From Spirochaetia bacterium (GTDB lineage: Bacteria; Spirochaetota; Spirochaetia; SZUA-6; Bin103): a stretch of 64,000 nucleotides of DNA. The notes under the pieces are model-generated. The model did no database searches. It was not told where the DNA came from and saw only the letters and a list, made by a program, of their open reading frames with translations. Positions 1 through 10,643 of this stretch are shown here, in pieces. Location: assembly GCA_965203515.1 (NCBI GenBank), contig OZ241907.1, positions 160,001 to 224,000 of the forward strand. The letters are read 5' to 3'. Positions within the stretch are counted from its first letter, which is position 1. Every line of letters starts with the position of its first letter. A program made the translations under genes and the position numbers.

Positions 1-5
1 CTCTG

Positions 6-290
6 ATGCTGCTCTCCCTGTACGCCCTGGGCAGCGTGCAATCGTTCGTCGACGCGACCATGCTCTGGCTGCTGCGCATGCTGGAGATCACGCTGGTGCT
101 GACCGCGGCCTTCGCGCTCTGCTCCTGTTGTCTGTACGCGCTGCACGCGATCTCCGGGCGCTGGCGCTTCGCCGCCGTACCGGCCGTGCTGTCGCTCCTG
201 GCCGCCGCCGTGGCGCTCGCTCTGCTGGCGTCGCTGCGCATGGTGTCGGCCGTGATCGGCGGGTCGCCCCTGCCGGGCCTGAGCTTCTGA
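6..290 (+). CDS. Hydrophobic membrane protein, probably 5'-truncated by the window edge
   Basis: Reading frame is open from the window start, with 2-3 hydrophobic segments; ends 4 nt before aroH. Confidence 0.6.
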   Translation: MLLSLYALGSVQSFVDATMLWLLRMLEITLVLTAAFALCSCCLYALHAISGRWRFAAVPAVLSLLAAAVALALLASLRMVSAVIGGSPLPGLSF

Positions 291-294
291 AGCC

Positions 295-663
295 GTGACG
301 GTAGCGGTGCGGGGCGCCATTCAGGTCGGCTCCAACGACGCGGATGCCATCCGGGCGGCCGGCCTGCGGCTGCTGGAAGCCGTGCTGCGCGGCAACGGCG
401 TGGACCGCGACCGGATCGTCAGCATCGTCTTTTCGATGACGCCGGACCTGAACCGGGCCAATCCGGCGACCGCGGTGCGGACCGGCGGCTACGCGGACGC
501 GCCGCTGTTCTGCGTGCAGGAGGCCGTGGTGGACGGGCAACTGGGCCGGATCATCCGGCTGCTCCTGACCTATCGCAGCGGCGGCGAGCGCAAGCCGGTG
601 CCGGTCTACCTCGATGGGGCGCAGGCGCTCCGGCCCGACCTGGAGCCGCCGGCGAGCTCGTGA
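295..663 (+). CDS. aroH: Chorismate mutase, AroH class
   Basis: VRGA N-terminus, SIVFSMTPDL..ANPA, CVQE, IIRLL, VYLDGAQALRPDL motifs; 122 aa. Confidence 0.92.
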   Translation: MTVAVRGAIQVGSNDADAIRAAGLRLLEAVLRGNGVDRDRIVSIVFSMTPDLNRANPATAVRTGGYADAPLFCVQEAVVDGQLGRIIRLLLTYRSGGERKPVPVYLDGAQALRPDLEPPASS

Positions 664-701
664 CCGGCAGGCGCGTCTCGTGGTAGGACGGCGTCTGCCG
701 G
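664..701 (+). terminator. GC-rich stem-loop after aroH (terminator or processing hairpin)
   Basis: CCGGCAGGCGC (664-674) pairs with GCGTCTGCCGG (691-701) with one G-U pair; no U-tract. Confidence 0.35.
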
Positions 702-727
702 ATGGGACGCCCGGATGGGGGCGCACT

Positions 728-800
728 GCCACCTTAGCTCAATCGGCAGAGCACGGGATTTGTAATCTCGGGGTTGTCGGTTCGATTCCGACAGGTGGCT
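728..800 (+). tRNA. tRNA-Thr(TGT)
   Basis: Acceptor GCCACCT/AGGTGGC, anticodon arm CGGGA-TTTGTAA-TCTCG, GGTTCGATTCC T-arm; CCA not encoded. Confidence 0.96.
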
Positions 801-841
801 GACCCGGGCGCCGCGCGTCGCACGGCGCTCGCGCACGGCTA

Positions 842-870
842 TTGACAGCGGTCGATGGCTGCGCGAGCAT
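842..870 (+). promoter_or_regulatory. sigma70-type promoter for tRNA-Tyr
   Basis: TTGACA-N17-GAGCAT, 16 nt upstream of the tRNA. Confidence 0.6.
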
Positions 871-886
871 GGCGCGCTTAGACAGC

Positions 887-968
887 GGGGAGGTTCCCGA
901 GTGGCCAAAGGGGGCAGACTGTAAATCTGTTGGCGTTGCCTTCGAAGGTTCGAATCCTTCTCTCCCCA
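887..968 (+). tRNA. tRNA-Tyr(GTA)
   Basis: Acceptor GGGGAGG/TCTCCCC, anticodon arm GCAGA-CTGTAAA-TCTGT, long variable arm, GGTTCGAATCC. Confidence 0.96.
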
Positions 969-975
969 ATCTCCC

Positions 976-1428
976 GTGCCTGAGCCTTTCTACCGGTCGT
1001 CCGCCGACGGCGGCCTGCGCTTCGACTGCACCCGGTGCCAGCGTTGCTGTCGGCTCGAACCGGGGTACGTGTTCCTGTCCCGCCGCGACCTGGAGGCATT
1101 GGCGCAGGCGAAGTCGCTCACGGTCGCCGAGTTCACGGCGCGGTACTGCCGGACCGTCGACATCGGCGGCTTCCGCCGGCTCAGCCTGACCGAAAAGGCC
1201 GACTACGACTGCATCCTCTGGGAAGACGGCGCCTGCACGGTATACGAGTCGCGGCCGCTGCAGTGCCGGAGCTTCCCGTTCTGGGATGCGAATCTGGCCT
1301 CCCCCGAGGCGTGGTCGGAGGCTGCCGCCGCGTGTCCGGGCATCGGCCAGGGGCGGGTGCGCCACGCGGTGGAGATCGACTACTGGCTCTCCCGGCGTCA
1401 TGACGAGCCGCTGGTCGCGCCGCCGTAG
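976..1428 (+). CDS. YkgJ-family cysteine-cluster (Zn/Fe-chelating) protein
   Basis: CTRCQRCC, DCILW...CTVYESRPLQCRSFPFW, CPGIG motifs. Confidence 0.88.
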   Translation: MPEPFYRSSADGGLRFDCTRCQRCCRLEPGYVFLSRRDLEALAQAKSLTVAEFTARYCRTVDIGGFRRLSLTEKADYDCILWEDGACTVYESRPLQCRSFPFWDANLASPEAWSEAAAACPGIGQGRVRHAVEIDYWLSRRHDEPLVAPP

Positions 1429-1467
1429 CGCCGTCGGCGGGCCGAACGGTGCGGTCCCGGGGCTCGC

Positions 1468-1495
1468 TTGCCTCTGCCGGAGCAGGGCGTACATT
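1468..1495 (+). promoter_or_regulatory. sigma70-type promoter for mltG-dnaG-rpoD
   Basis: TTGCCT-N16-TACATT; SD GAGGA at 1514-1518 before GTG 1525. Confidence 0.5.
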
Positions 1496-1524
1496 ACCGG
1501 TGCAGGGTTAGTTGAGGAAATCGC

Positions 1525-2550
1525 GTGAACCGCATCGCGATCGGCATGGTCGCCGGGTGCTGCGCGCTCGCCGCCGGCGTCGCGGTCGGAGCGTCGTACC
1601 TGAGCGGTCCGCCGCAGGCGCCGGACCGGAGCCCGGCGGTCAGCTTCACGGTTCGGCCCGGAGAGCCGTTCGGCGCGGTCGCCGCCCGCTTGGCCGATGC
1701 GCGGCTGGTGCGCTCCGAGTTGATGCTGCGCGTGCTGGCGCACCTCCGGGGCGCCGACAGCCGCATCCGCGCCGGTCACTATTCGCTGCCTCGGTCCCTG
1801 CGCGCCGGCCAGGTCCTGGCGTTGCTGCTGGAGGGCCGCCAGGATGAGATCGCCGTCACCGTCCCGGAGGGGTGGACCGTGCGCCGAATCGCCGAACGGC
1901 TCGAGGAACGGGGCGTGACCACCGCCGGCGCATTCATGACCGCGGTCGCCGACCCGGCGCTGATCGAGGAGCTCGGCATCCGGGCGGCCAGCATGGAGGG
2001 GTACCTGTTCCCGGACACCTACCGCTTTCCGCGCGACTTTCCGGCCGCCGGAGTGGCGCGCCACATGGTCGACAACTTCTTCCGCAGGCTCGGTCAGGTG
2101 CGGCCGGACTTCCGCAGCATGGACCCGGACGATCTGCACGACGCGGTCATCCTGGCATCGATCGTGGAGCGCGAGTACCAGCGCCCGGAGGAGGCGGGGT
2201 TGATCGCGTCCGTGTTCGCCAACCGCCTGGCGGCCGATGCCCGCCTGCAGTCCTGCGCCACCGTCGCCTACGTGCTGACCGAGCTGGAGGGCCGCGAGCA
2301 CCCGCGCGTGATCACCCACGCGGAGCTGGCGGTCGACTCCGCCTACAACACCTACCGGCGGCGTGGGCTGCCGCCGGCGCCGATCTCGAATCCGGGCGCG
2401 GTGGCCCTGCAGGCCGCGTTCTATCCGGCGGAGAGCGACTACTGGTACTTCGTCCTCAAGGACCCGGACACCGGCGAACACCACTTCTCCCGCGATCTCG
2501 ACGAGCACAACGACGCCAAGTTCTTCTACCTGAAGGGCGTGGCCGGTTGA
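1525..2550 (+). CDS. mltG: Endolytic transglycosylase MltG
   Basis: N-terminal TM, VTVPEG, EGYLFPDTY, ILASIVERE (catalytic Glu), YNTY..GLPPAPISNPG. Confidence 0.95.
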   Translation: MNRIAIGMVAGCCALAAGVAVGASYLSGPPQAPDRSPAVSFTVRPGEPFGAVAARLADARLVRSELMLRVLAHLRGADSRIRAGHYSLPRSLRAGQVLALLLEGRQDEIAVTVPEGWTVRRIAERLEERGVTTAGAFMTAVADPALIEELGIRAASMEGYLFPDTYRFPRDFPAAGVARHMVDNFFRRLGQVRPDFRSMDPDDLHDAVILASIVEREYQRPEEAGLIASVFANRLAADARLQSCATVAYVLTELEGREHPRVITHAELAVDSAYNTYRRRGLPPAPISNPGAVALQAAFYPAESDYWYFVLKDPDTGEHHFSRDLDEHNDAKFFYLKGVAG

Positions 2551-2584
2551 CGGGCGTCCACGTGCGGACGGCGGCGGTGAGCGC

Positions 2585-4405
2585 GTGATCCCCTCCCACC
2601 AGATCGCGGAACTCTACGACCGCCTGCGGATCGACGTCGTGGCGGGCGACTACCTGCGCCTGCAGCGCCGCGGCAACCGGTTGGTCGGGCTGTGCCCCTT
2701 CCATACCGAGAAGACCCCCTCCTTCACGCTCAGCCCGGACCGCAATCTGTTCTACTGCTTCGGCTGCCAGAAGGGCGGCTCGATGATCGACTTCGTGATG
2801 GAGATGGAGAAGCTCAGCTTCCCGGAGGCGTTCGCGCTGCTTGCCGAGCGCGCCGGCATGCAGGTGCAGCAGGCGGGCGGCTCCGAAGGGACCGAGCGGC
2901 AGACCTACCTGGATCTGTACCGCCGCCTGGCCGACAGCTTCCACCACATCCTGCTGCGCGCCGGCGCCGCGGCGCCGGCGCGCGAGCACCTTGCCGGCCG
3001 GGGGTTCCCGGCGGAGTCGCTTGCCCGCTACCGCGTCGGCTACGCGCCGGGCGTCGGTGACTGGCTGCATCGCTTCCTGCGCTCCCACAGCTACGGCGAC
3101 GACTTCCTGGTGCGCTCCGGCCTGTTCACGCGCACGAGCGGCGGCCTGCTGGCGCTGTTCCGCGACCGTATCGTGTTCCCGATCTCCACCCCGCGCGGCG
3201 AGGTGGTCGCGTTCGGCGGACGCGCCATGGGCGACGGCCCCAAGTATCTCAACACGTCGGAGACCGCCCACTATCGCAAGGGCGAGCTGCTCTACGGGCT
3301 GGCCGAGGCGCGCGAGCGCATCAAGCGGGCGGGGACCGTGCACGTGGCGGAGGGCTATCTCGACGTGATCGCGCTCGATGCGGCCGGTCACCCGGCGGTG
3401 GCCCCGCTCGGCACGGCGTTGAGCGTCGGGCACGCCCGGCTGCTGGCGCGCTACACCCATGACGTGCGCCTGGTGATGGACGCGGACGCCGCCGGGGTGA
3501 ACGCTACCCGGCGCGCCGGCGCCGTGCTGGAGGACCGGGAGCTGCAGACCTCCGTGGTGCCGCTTGAGAACGGCATGGACCCGGCCGATTATCTGCAGCA
3601 GGGGGCCGGCGGCCGGTTGCAAACCGCGGTCGCATCCCCTATACTGATATTTGAGTATCTTCTCAAACTGGCTACAGCTGCACTCGATCTGCGACGGGCG
3701 GACGCGAAGGAACAGGTATTCCGGGAGTTGCTCCCCTATCTTACCCACGTACGCTCGGAGTTGAAGCGTGAGACGCTGTTGCGCGACTTGGCGGACGTGC
3801 TGGAGGTCGGTCACGACAGCATCCTGCGCGACTATCGCCGGAGTTCGGCACGGCTGGCGGACGGCGGCGCGGCGCGGCGCGGCGCTCCGGCCGGGATCGT
3901 TGCGCCGCCGGGGACCGTCGCGCCGCCGGGTGGCCAAGACGGCTCTCGACGCTCGCCGGAGATGACCTACATGCTGGCCGCCGCCGCCAACCTCGATCGC
4001 TTCGACCGGGTGCAGCGGCGGCTCCTGCCCGGCGACCTGCAGGATCCGATGGCGCGGGAGCTGTTCGGCGCGCTGCAGGAGTGCGTCCGCTGCGGCGACG
4101 AGTCGCCGGACGGGCTGCTCGGCCGGCTGGAGACCGACGAGCTGCGCGCGCTGGTCGTCCGCAACCTGTCGCGAGGGGAGTTCGCCGTGAATCCGGAGGA
4201 AATGCTCGACGAGGGGGCTCGCATGGTGAAGGCGCGCTCCCTGAGACGCCGACGCCGCGAGATCGAGGTCCGCATGCGCCGACTGGAGCGCGACGGCGGC
4301 GCACCGGGCGCATCGATACGGGACCTGCTGGAGGAGAAGATATTCCTCGACTCGGAGCTGGAGAAGTTGAAGAAGGTGAGGGTGGATGTCGGATCTGTTG
4401 ACTGA
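2585..4405 (+). CDS. dnaG: DNA primase
   Basis: Zn finger [41 protein letters not shown] and DADAAG. Confidence 0.97.
   Translation: MIPSHQIAELYDRLRIDVVAGDYLRLQRRGNRLVGLCPFHTEKTPSFTLSPDRNLFYCFGCQKGGSMIDFVMEMEKLSFPEAFALLAERAGMQVQQAGGSEGTERQTYLDLYRRLADSFHHILLRAGAAAPAREHLAGRGFPAESLARYRVGYAPGVGDWLHRFLRSHSYGDDFLVRSGLFTRTSGGLLALFRDRIVFPISTPRGEVVAFGGRAMGDGPKYLNTSETAHYRKGELLYGLAEARERIKRAGTVHVAEGYLDVIALDAAGHPAVAPLGTALSVGHARLLARYTHDVRLVMDADAAGVNATRRAGAVLEDRELQTSVVPLENGMDPADYLQQGAGGRLQTAVASPILIFEYLLKLATAALDLRRADAKEQVFRELLPYLTHVRSELKRETLLRDLADVLEVGHDSILRDYRRSSARLADGGAARRGAPAGIVAPPGTVAPPGGQDGSRRSPEMTYMLAAAANLDRFDRVQRRLLPGDLQDPMARELFGALQECVRCGDESPDGLLGRLETDELRALVVRNLSRGEFAVNPEEMLDEGARMVKARSLRRRRREIEVRMRRLERDGGAPGASIRDLLEEKIFLDSELEKLKKVRVDVGSVD
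3617..3667 (+). promoter_or_regulatory. Internal promoter within dnaG plus palindromic site
   Basis: TTGCAA-N17-TATACT (3617-3645) in a conspicuous AT-rich patch, followed by TTTGAG-N6-CTCAAA. Confidence 0.55.
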
Positions 4406-6122
4406 TCCTGCGTTCGTTCAGTTGCTGGAGTACGCCCGGCAGAAGAAGAGCATCAGCTATGAGGAGGTCCACGACCGCCTCCCCGACCACCTCGTCAATT
4501 CGGACCGGATCGACGAGGTGGCGGCGCTGCTGGAGCAGAACGACGTCAAGCTGGAGGATGACGAGGCCGGCGACGACGTGACCGAGGACGACCTGCGACA
4601 GGCCGCCGCGGCGGCCAAGCGCCGGCTGGTCTACCACAACGATCGGGAGAGCGCGGTGGACGACCCGATCCGCCTCTACCTGCGCGAGATCGGCCGGGAG
4701 AACCTGCTCACCGCCGAGGAGGAGGTGAGCCTGTCCAAGGATATGGAGGCGGGTGAGAACATCATCCACGAGGTGCTCAAGAGCTGCGGCGCCACCCTGC
4801 CGGAGTTCTACCACATCGCCGAGCGCGCCCGCTCGACCACGGACCCCCGCGAGCTCAACCTGACCAAGAAGGAGATCTCCGAGCTGATGGCGGACCGCCG
4901 CCGGCTCAATGCCTGCTACCACGAAGCGGTGCAGGAGATGTACCCGCTGCTGAAGGCGTACGTGGAGCACAAGGAGACGCTGACCGACCACGACGGCTGC
5001 ATCTTCGAAGACGAGCGCCTGGCCGAGCTGCGCCGCACCCTGCAGGCATCCCTGGCCAAGGTGGAACTGAAGCAGGAGGAGATCACGCTGCTGTCGGCGC
5101 GGCTGGCCGACGCCGCCCGGCGGCTCGGTTCGCTGCAGCGCAGAAGCGAGCGGATCGAGCGCCGGCTGCGCATCGGTACGACCCGCGAGTTGCGCTCGGT
5201 CAAGCGCAAGCTGTCGCGCTCGGCCGAGCGCGCCCGGCTGGAGGCGGCGATCCGCATGCAGGCCGACGACATCCGCGCGCTGGTGGCCGAGTATGAACGC
5301 CAGCAGGCCGACATCCGCGCGATCGAGGTGGCGTTCGAGCACCGCGCCGACGACGTGTTGGCCATGCACCGCCGCCTGGAAGAGGGCAAGTATCAGCTCA
5401 AGCGGGCCAAGGACCGCCTGACCCAGGCGAATCTCCGGCTGGTGGTCAGCATCGCCAAGAAGTACACCAACCGCGGCCTGCACTTCTTCGACCTGGTGCA
5501 GGAGGGCAACATCGGCCTGATCAAGGCGGTGGAGAAGTTCGAGTACCGCAAGGGATACAAATTCTCCACCTACGCGACGTGGTGGATCCGCCAGGCGATC
5601 ACGCGCTCGATCTCCGATCAGGCGCGTACCATCCGCGTACCGGTGCACATGATCGAACAGATCAACAAGGTGGTCCGCGAGTCGCGCCAGCTCATGCAGG
5701 AGCTCGGTCGCGAGCCGACCGATGAGGAGGTCGCCGAACGCCTCCGCTGGTCCGCGGCGCGCATCAAGGCGGTCAAGGGAGTCGCGCGCGAGCCGATCTC
5801 CCTGGAGACGCCGATCGGGGAGGAAGAGGACTCGATCCTCGGCGACTTCATCGAGGACAAGGACGCCGAGAACCCGTCTGCCACCAGCGCGTTCCGGCTG
5901 CTGCAAGAGCAGCTCCAGCAGGTGCTGAGCACGCTGCCGGAACGCGAGCAGGAGGTCCTGCGCATGCGGTTCGGACTGGACGACGGGTACTCGCTCACGC
6001 TGGAGGAGGTAGGGTTGCACTTTGAAGTGACCCGCGAGCGCATCCGTCAGATCGAGGCGAAGGCGCTCAGACGGCTGCGCCATCCAAAGCGGAGCGCGCG
6101 GCTGAAGGACTATCGGGAATAG
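4386..6122 (+). CDS. rpoD: RNA polymerase primary sigma factor RpoD
   Basis: [56 protein letters not shown]. Confidence 0.98.
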   Translation: MSDLLTDPAFVQLLEYARQKKSISYEEVHDRLPDHLVNSDRIDEVAALLEQNDVKLEDDEAGDDVTEDDLRQAAAAAKRRLVYHNDRESAVDDPIRLYLREIGRENLLTAEEEVSLSKDMEAGENIIHEVLKSCGATLPEFYHIAERARSTTDPRELNLTKKEISELMADRRRLNACYHEAVQEMYPLLKAYVEHKETLTDHDGCIFEDERLAELRRTLQASLAKVELKQEEITLLSARLADAARRLGSLQRRSERIERRLRIGTTRELRSVKRKLSRSAERARLEAAIRMQADDIRALVAEYERQQADIRAIEVAFEHRADDVLAMHRRLEEGKYQLKRAKDRLTQANLRLVVSIAKKYTNRGLHFFDLVQEGNIGLIKAVEKFEYRKGYKFSTYATWWIRQAITRSISDQARTIRVPVHMIEQINKVVRESRQLMQELGREPTDEEVAERLRWSAARIKAVKGVAREPISLETPIGEEEDSILGDFIEDKDAENPSATSAFRLLQEQLQQVLSTLPEREQEVLRMRFGLDDGYSLTLEEVGLHFEVTRERIRQIEAKALRRLRHPKRSARLKDYRE

Positions 6123-7111
6123 TGACGGCTGGAAGTGACGGAGGAAGCGTGAGTAGCGAATTGGCGAGTATCGAGCGGACGGACCACGGGACGCCGGCGG
6201 TCCAGGACGCGCTGGACAAGCTGCGCGCCCTGCAGGACGTGCTGCACAAGAAGCACGAGATCGAGGCGCAGATCGAGAAGCTGCCGCGGTCGCTGGCGAC
6301 CAAGACCGAACTGCTCAACCGGCTCAAGCGCACCTACCTGGAGCGCAATGAGGAGCAGGAATCGACCAAGCAGCGGATCGAGAGTCTGCGCGGCGACGCG
6401 CTGGAATCGGAACGGGTTCGCGAACAGTACGAGCAGCAGATGGACCGGATCCGCACGCAGCGGGAGTATGAAGCGCTGGACAAGCAGATCCGCGACGCCT
6501 CCGAACGGGAGATGGACTACCGGCGAGCGCTGCAGGAAGAAGAGGAGCGGCTCGAGCAGGTGTCCGATGAGCTGGGCCGCGAAGCGGAGTTGATCGAGCG
6601 GCAGGAGGGCGTGGTCCGGGAAGAGGAGTCGCGCATCACGATCGAGTTGACCGACCGCCGGGAACGGCTTGCCGCGCTCCAGGCGGAGGAGTCGCACATC
6701 GCCTCCGGTCTGGACGAGGAGCTGCTGTTCAAGTTCGAGCGCATCGTGCGGTCGACCGACGGCTACGGGATCGTGCCGCTGCAGGGCCAAGTCTGCACCG
6801 GATGCTACATTACGCTGCCGGCCCACTTCGTCAACCGCGTCCGCCGGGCCGAGGACGTGCTGTTCTGCACGCATGGCCGGATCGTCTTCTACGAGGACGC
6901 TCCCTCCGAGGATGAGGCGGAGGCGCAGATCGACGTGTTCGACGACGAGCCCGGCTTCTTCGCCGATGCGGACGGGGACGAGGAGCTGGAGGACGATGAG
7001 CTGGAGGACGATGAGGCGGACCTCGACGGCCCGGACGGCGGTCACGGCGGCGACGGTGCCGGCGATGATGACGATGATGACGACGACGACCACGAGTCGA
7101 ACGACGACTGA
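6122..7111 (+). CDS. C4-type zinc-ribbon coiled-coil protein with long acidic tail (alternative start GTG 6149)
   Basis: Long coiled coil, LLFKFERIVR..GIVP..VCTGC...FCTHGRIVFY; position between rpoD and rnpB as in spirochetes. Confidence 0.85.
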   Translation: MTAGSDGGSVSSELASIERTDHGTPAVQDALDKLRALQDVLHKKHEIEAQIEKLPRSLATKTELLNRLKRTYLERNEEQESTKQRIESLRGDALESERVREQYEQQMDRIRTQREYEALDKQIRDASEREMDYRRALQEEEERLEQVSDELGREAELIERQEGVVREEESRITIELTDRRERLAALQAEESHIASGLDEELLFKFERIVRSTDGYGIVPLQGQVCTGCYITLPAHFVNRVRRAEDVLFCTHGRIVFYEDAPSEDEAEAQIDVFDDEPGFFADADGDEELEDDELEDDEADLDGPDGGHGGDGAGDDDDDDDDDHESNDD

Positions 7112-7168
7112 GGCGCGGGCGGCCGCCCGATGGCGTCGCCGCGAGTGATCGGTTATCGTGGAGGCCGC

Positions 7169-7636
7169 AGGAGGCGGGCCGGCCATCGCCGCGATCGGTA
7201 ACCGGCGCGGAGGAAAGTCCGGGCTCCATAGAGCAGGGCGCCGGGTAATGCCCGGGCGTCCGCGCCTCGGCGCGGACGACAGACAGTGCCGCAGAGAACA
7301 GACCGCCGGACGGCTGCTCCGCGATGGGGCGGTCCGTTCGGTAAGGGTGAAACGGTGGGGTAAGAGCCCACCACTCCGGCGGCGACGCCGGAGGTACGGC
7401 AAACCTCGCCCGGAGCAAAGCCAAGCAGCGGGTTGGGTTGCTCGCCGCGTGACGACGCGTCCCGCAGGGATGCGGCCGTCGAACCCGCGGGTAGGCTGCT
7501 CGAGTGCGGCGCCGGCGCCGTGAGGCGCCGACGCGCGCGCCAGATGAATGATGGCCCGCCCCGCCGGCGGCCGGGCCGCGCAAGCGGGCCGGCACGTGTC
7601 GGGGCGAACAGAACCCGGCTTATCGGCCCGCCTCCT
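7169..7636 (+). ncRNA. rnpB: RNase P RNA (type A)
   Basis: P1 AGGAGGCGGGCCG/CGGCCCGCCTCCT; GAGGAAAGTCCGGGC (7210-7224); AGTGCCGCAGAGA; GGGTGAAACGG; GGAGCAA; AACAGAACCCGGCTTA (7607-7622). Confidence 0.96.
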
Positions 7637-7837
7637 CTTTCATCGGTTGCGCCGGCGCGAGGTCGCGCGGCGCCCCGGTGGGGGCATCGGCCGGCCGGGC
7701 GCCGGCGCGAACGGCGCGGCAGGGGGCGGCGCGCGGCGATCGCGCTGCTGGTCGTCGCCGGCGCCGTCGCCGCCGGCGCGCTGCTGCGCGCCGATCGGGC
7801 GGCTGCGGCGTGGTTGCGGCGCGACCGGGAGGCGAAC

Positions 7838-8716
7838 ATGCGCGCGCTCGTCAGCGAACGGCGCTTCGCAGAGGCGGCGGCCGCGGCCGAGGTCACGCTG
7901 GCGAACCGCCCGCTCGACCCCGAGGCGAATCTGATCCGCGGCGTGGCGGCGCTCTACGAATCGATCGCTGCCGGTCCTGCGGCTCGGGAGCCGGGTGCGG
8001 CTCGGGAGCCGGGTGTGGCGCCGGCGCCGGGTGCGGATCGGGAGCCGGGCGCGGCCCCCGCTGCCTACCGCGGCGGAGCCGTGCGGACCGACGGCGCGCT
8101 CCTGTCGACGGCCGTGGCGTCGCTCCGCCGCGCGCTGCTCGACGCACGGATCGCCGCGGCGGAACCGGCCGCGCAGTACGCGCTCGGCAAGGCCTATTAT
8201 CACATGGGCTATTTCTACTACGATCTGGCCGTGCGGTATCTGGAGGGGTCGTTGGCGCTCGGCTATGACGGCGCCGACACCTACGAGTACCTCGGGCTGG
8301 CATACACCGAGTTGGGCGATCCGCGCGGGCTGGAGTATTTCCGTCACGCGCTGGCGAGCCGGCCGTCCGACCTGCTGCATCTGAGGATGGCCGCCATGCT
8401 GGCGGATGCGGGAGACCCGCAGGGAGCGCGCGACAGCCTGATCCAGGCGATCCTGCTCACCGATGACCCGGCGATCGAGCAGCGGGCGCGGTACGAGCTG
8501 GGCGCGGTCTACCGCGCGCTGGACGAACCGACGTCGGCCGAAGAGCAGTACTTGGCGATCATCGCCGCCGACGGGCGCGCCGCCGACGCGCACTTCTATC
8601 TCGGCGAGATCCATGCGGAGCGGGGAGACGCCGACCGCGCCCGCGCGGAGTGGCGCGAGGCCGAAAGGCTGGATCCGCGCCATCGCCGCGCGATCGAGCG
8701 TTTGCGTGGCGGATAG
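7838..8716 (+). CDS. Tetratricopeptide-repeat protein (start uncertain)
   Basis: Multiple TPR units ([28 protein letters not shown]); ATG 7838 preceded by GGAGG; syntenic between rnpB and mreB. Confidence 0.85.
   Translation: MRALVSERRFAEAAAAAEVTLANRPLDPEANLIRGVAALYESIAAGPAAREPGAAREPGVAPAPGADREPGAAPAAYRGGAVRTDGALLSTAVASLRRALLDARIAAAEPAAQYALGKAYYHMGYFYYDLAVRYLEGSLALGYDGADTYEYLGLAYTELGDPRGLEYFRHALASRPSDLLHLRMAAMLADAGDPQGARDSLIQAILLTDDPAIEQRARYELGAVYRALDEPTSAEEQYLAIIAADGRAADAHFYLGEIHAERGDADRARAEWREAERLDPRHRRAIERLRGG
7979..8050 (+). repeat. 18-bp in-frame tandem repeat x4 (AAREPG-like)
   Basis: GCGGCTCGGGAGCCGGGT twice exactly, plus two degenerate copies. Confidence 0.85.
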
Positions 8717-8754
8717 ATCGGTCGCACCATGAGCGCGGAGGTACACGTCACCTG

Positions 8755-9771
8755 ATGGCCATGTTCAACAGCTTCTCCTCAGACATCGGCATTGATCTGG
8801 GCACCTGCAACACCCTGGTGCACGTCAAGGGCAAGGGTATCATGCTGTCGGAGCCGTCGGTGGTCGCCATCGATCACGAAACCAAGCAGGTGGTCGCGGT
8901 CGGAACCGAGGCCAAGCGCATGCTGTGGAAGACGCCCAGCAGCATCGAGGCGGTGCGCCCGTTGCGTGACGGCGTCATCGCTGACTTCGACATGACCGAG
9001 CAGATGATCCGCTACTTCATCACGCAGGTGGTCCCCCGGCGCTGGTTCGTCAAGCCGCGCGTGGTGATCGGCATCCCTTCCGGGGCTACCGAAGTGGAGA
9101 AGCGGGCGGTGCAGGAGAGCGCCGAGCAGGCCGGCGCGCGCGAGGTGTACGTGATCGAGGAGTCGATCGCGGCGGCCGTGGGCGCCGATCTGCCGATCAT
9201 GGAGCCGGCCGGTCACATGATCTGCGACATCGGCGGCGGCACCACCGAGGTGTCGGTGATTTCGCTCGGCGGCATGGTGGTGTCGAACGCCATTCGCATC
9301 GGCGGCGACGAGTTCGATGAGGGGATCATCAGGCACGTACGCATCGTCCACAACCTGGTGATCGGCCTGGAGACCGCGGAGAAGATCAAGATCGAGATCG
9401 GCAACGCCGACCCCGACCAGAAGATCGTGCGCATGGAGATCAAGGGCCGGGATGCGATCACCGGTCTGCCGCGCCGGCTGGAGGTCGACTCGGTCGAGGT
9501 GTGCGAAGCGCTGCAGGAGCCAACGCGTCAGATCCTCGAAGAGATCAAGCGCGCGCTGGGCCAGACGCCGGCCGAGCTGGCGTCCGACATCGTGGAGCGC
9601 GGCATAGTCATGACCGGCGGCGGCTCGCTCCTGCGCGGGTTGCCGCGCCTGATCGAGCGGGAGACCGGCGTGCCGGTGATCGTGGCCGAGCAGCCGCTGC
9701 TGTGCGTGGCGCTGGGAGCCGGCAAGTACTTCGACAACATGCGCGTCAGCCAACGCCGATCATACCGATAG
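8755..9771 (+). CDS. mreB: Rod shape-determining protein MreB
   Basis: [42 protein letters not shown]. Confidence 0.97.
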   Translation: MAMFNSFSSDIGIDLGTCNTLVHVKGKGIMLSEPSVVAIDHETKQVVAVGTEAKRMLWKTPSSIEAVRPLRDGVIADFDMTEQMIRYFITQVVPRRWFVKPRVVIGIPSGATEVEKRAVQESAEQAGAREVYVIEESIAAAVGADLPIMEPAGHMICDIGGGTTEVSVISLGGMVVSNAIRIGGDEFDEGIIRHVRIVHNLVIGLETAEKIKIEIGNADPDQKIVRMEIKGRDAITGLPRRLEVDSVEVCEALQEPTRQILEEIKRALGQTPAELASDIVERGIVMTGGGSLLRGLPRLIERETGVPVIVAEQPLLCVALGAGKYFDNMRVSQRRSYR

Positions 9772-9812
9772 CGGATCGTCCGGCACCGAGGGAATCGATC
9801 TAACCCGCGTCC

Positions 9813-10643
9813 GTGACCGACGTTGGACCCTTCGTCAGCCGCCGCCGATCGGGCGTCACGTTCGCGGTCCTGATGGTCAGTTCGCTCGTGCTGGTGGGAT
9901 TGAATCCCTCGCCCGGACACGTCGGCCTGCTGTCGATGGCGCAGGCGGGCATCGGTTCCGCAAGCCGCTGGATCGCCGCTACCGCCGCCGGGATCGGCGA
10001 GCTGCGCCGCAGTCGATCCGAGGTGCAGGTGTTGCGCGCCGAGCTGGAGCGGATCGAGCAGCGTTCGCGCCGCGCCGCCCGGATAGAAGCGGAGAACCGC
10101 TACCTGCGCGCGATGCTGGGCCTGTATCGGGTGGCTCCGGCGTCGATTCCGGCCGAGGTGATCGGGCGCGATCCGGGCAATCTGTTCAAGACGGTGACGA
10201 TCGATCGAGGCCGCAGACACGGCGTGCAGGACGATGCCACGGTGGTCGCCAGCGCCGACGGATTCCAGGCGCTGGTAGGCAAGGTGGAGTCGGTTTCATC
10301 CTTTACGGCGATGGTGCGGCCGATTCTGGACAGCTCCCTGTACGTCGCCGCCCGTCTTGAGCGCACCGAGCACGACGGGCTGATCGAGGGCGACCCGGCC
10401 GGCCGGCGGCTGGTCATGCGCTGGGTCGACGCCACCGCGGCGGGCGACTTGACGGCCGGCGATCTGGTGATCACCTCCGGCATGCGCAGCCTCTATCCGC
10501 GCGGCATCTACATCGGCCGGATGGTGGAGCAGCGCGCCGGCGAGGACCGATCGTCGATCGCGCTGATCGTGGAACCGCTGGTCGATTTCGGCCGCCTCGA
10601 CTACGTCCTGGTGCTCAACGCCGCCGAGCCGTCCGATGGGTGA
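9813..10643 (+). CDS. mreC: Rod shape-determining protein MreC
   Basis: TM plus coiled coil (ENRYLR), AEVIGRDP, TIDRG, GDLVITSG..YPRGI. Confidence 0.93.
   Translation: MTDVGPFVSRRRSGVTFAVLMVSSLVLVGLNPSPGHVGLLSMAQAGIGSASRWIAATAAGIGELRRSRSEVQVLRAELERIEQRSRRAARIEAENRYLRAMLGLYRVAPASIPAEVIGRDPGNLFKTVTIDRGRRHGVQDDATVVASADGFQALVGKVESVSSFTAMVRPILDSSLYVAARLERTEHDGLIEGDPAGRRLVMRWVDATAAGDLTAGDLVITSGMRSLYPRGIYIGRMVEQRAGEDRSSIALIVEPLVDFGRLDYVLVLNAAEPSDG

Noticed and set aside
698..724. CCGGATGGG(A/GG)CGC duplication before tRNA-Thr as a REP element
   Set aside because: Only two imperfect copies, and I did not see the motif recur elsewhere in the window
7158..7523. ORFs across the rnpB region
   Set aside because: The sequence is fully explained by conserved RNase P RNA elements
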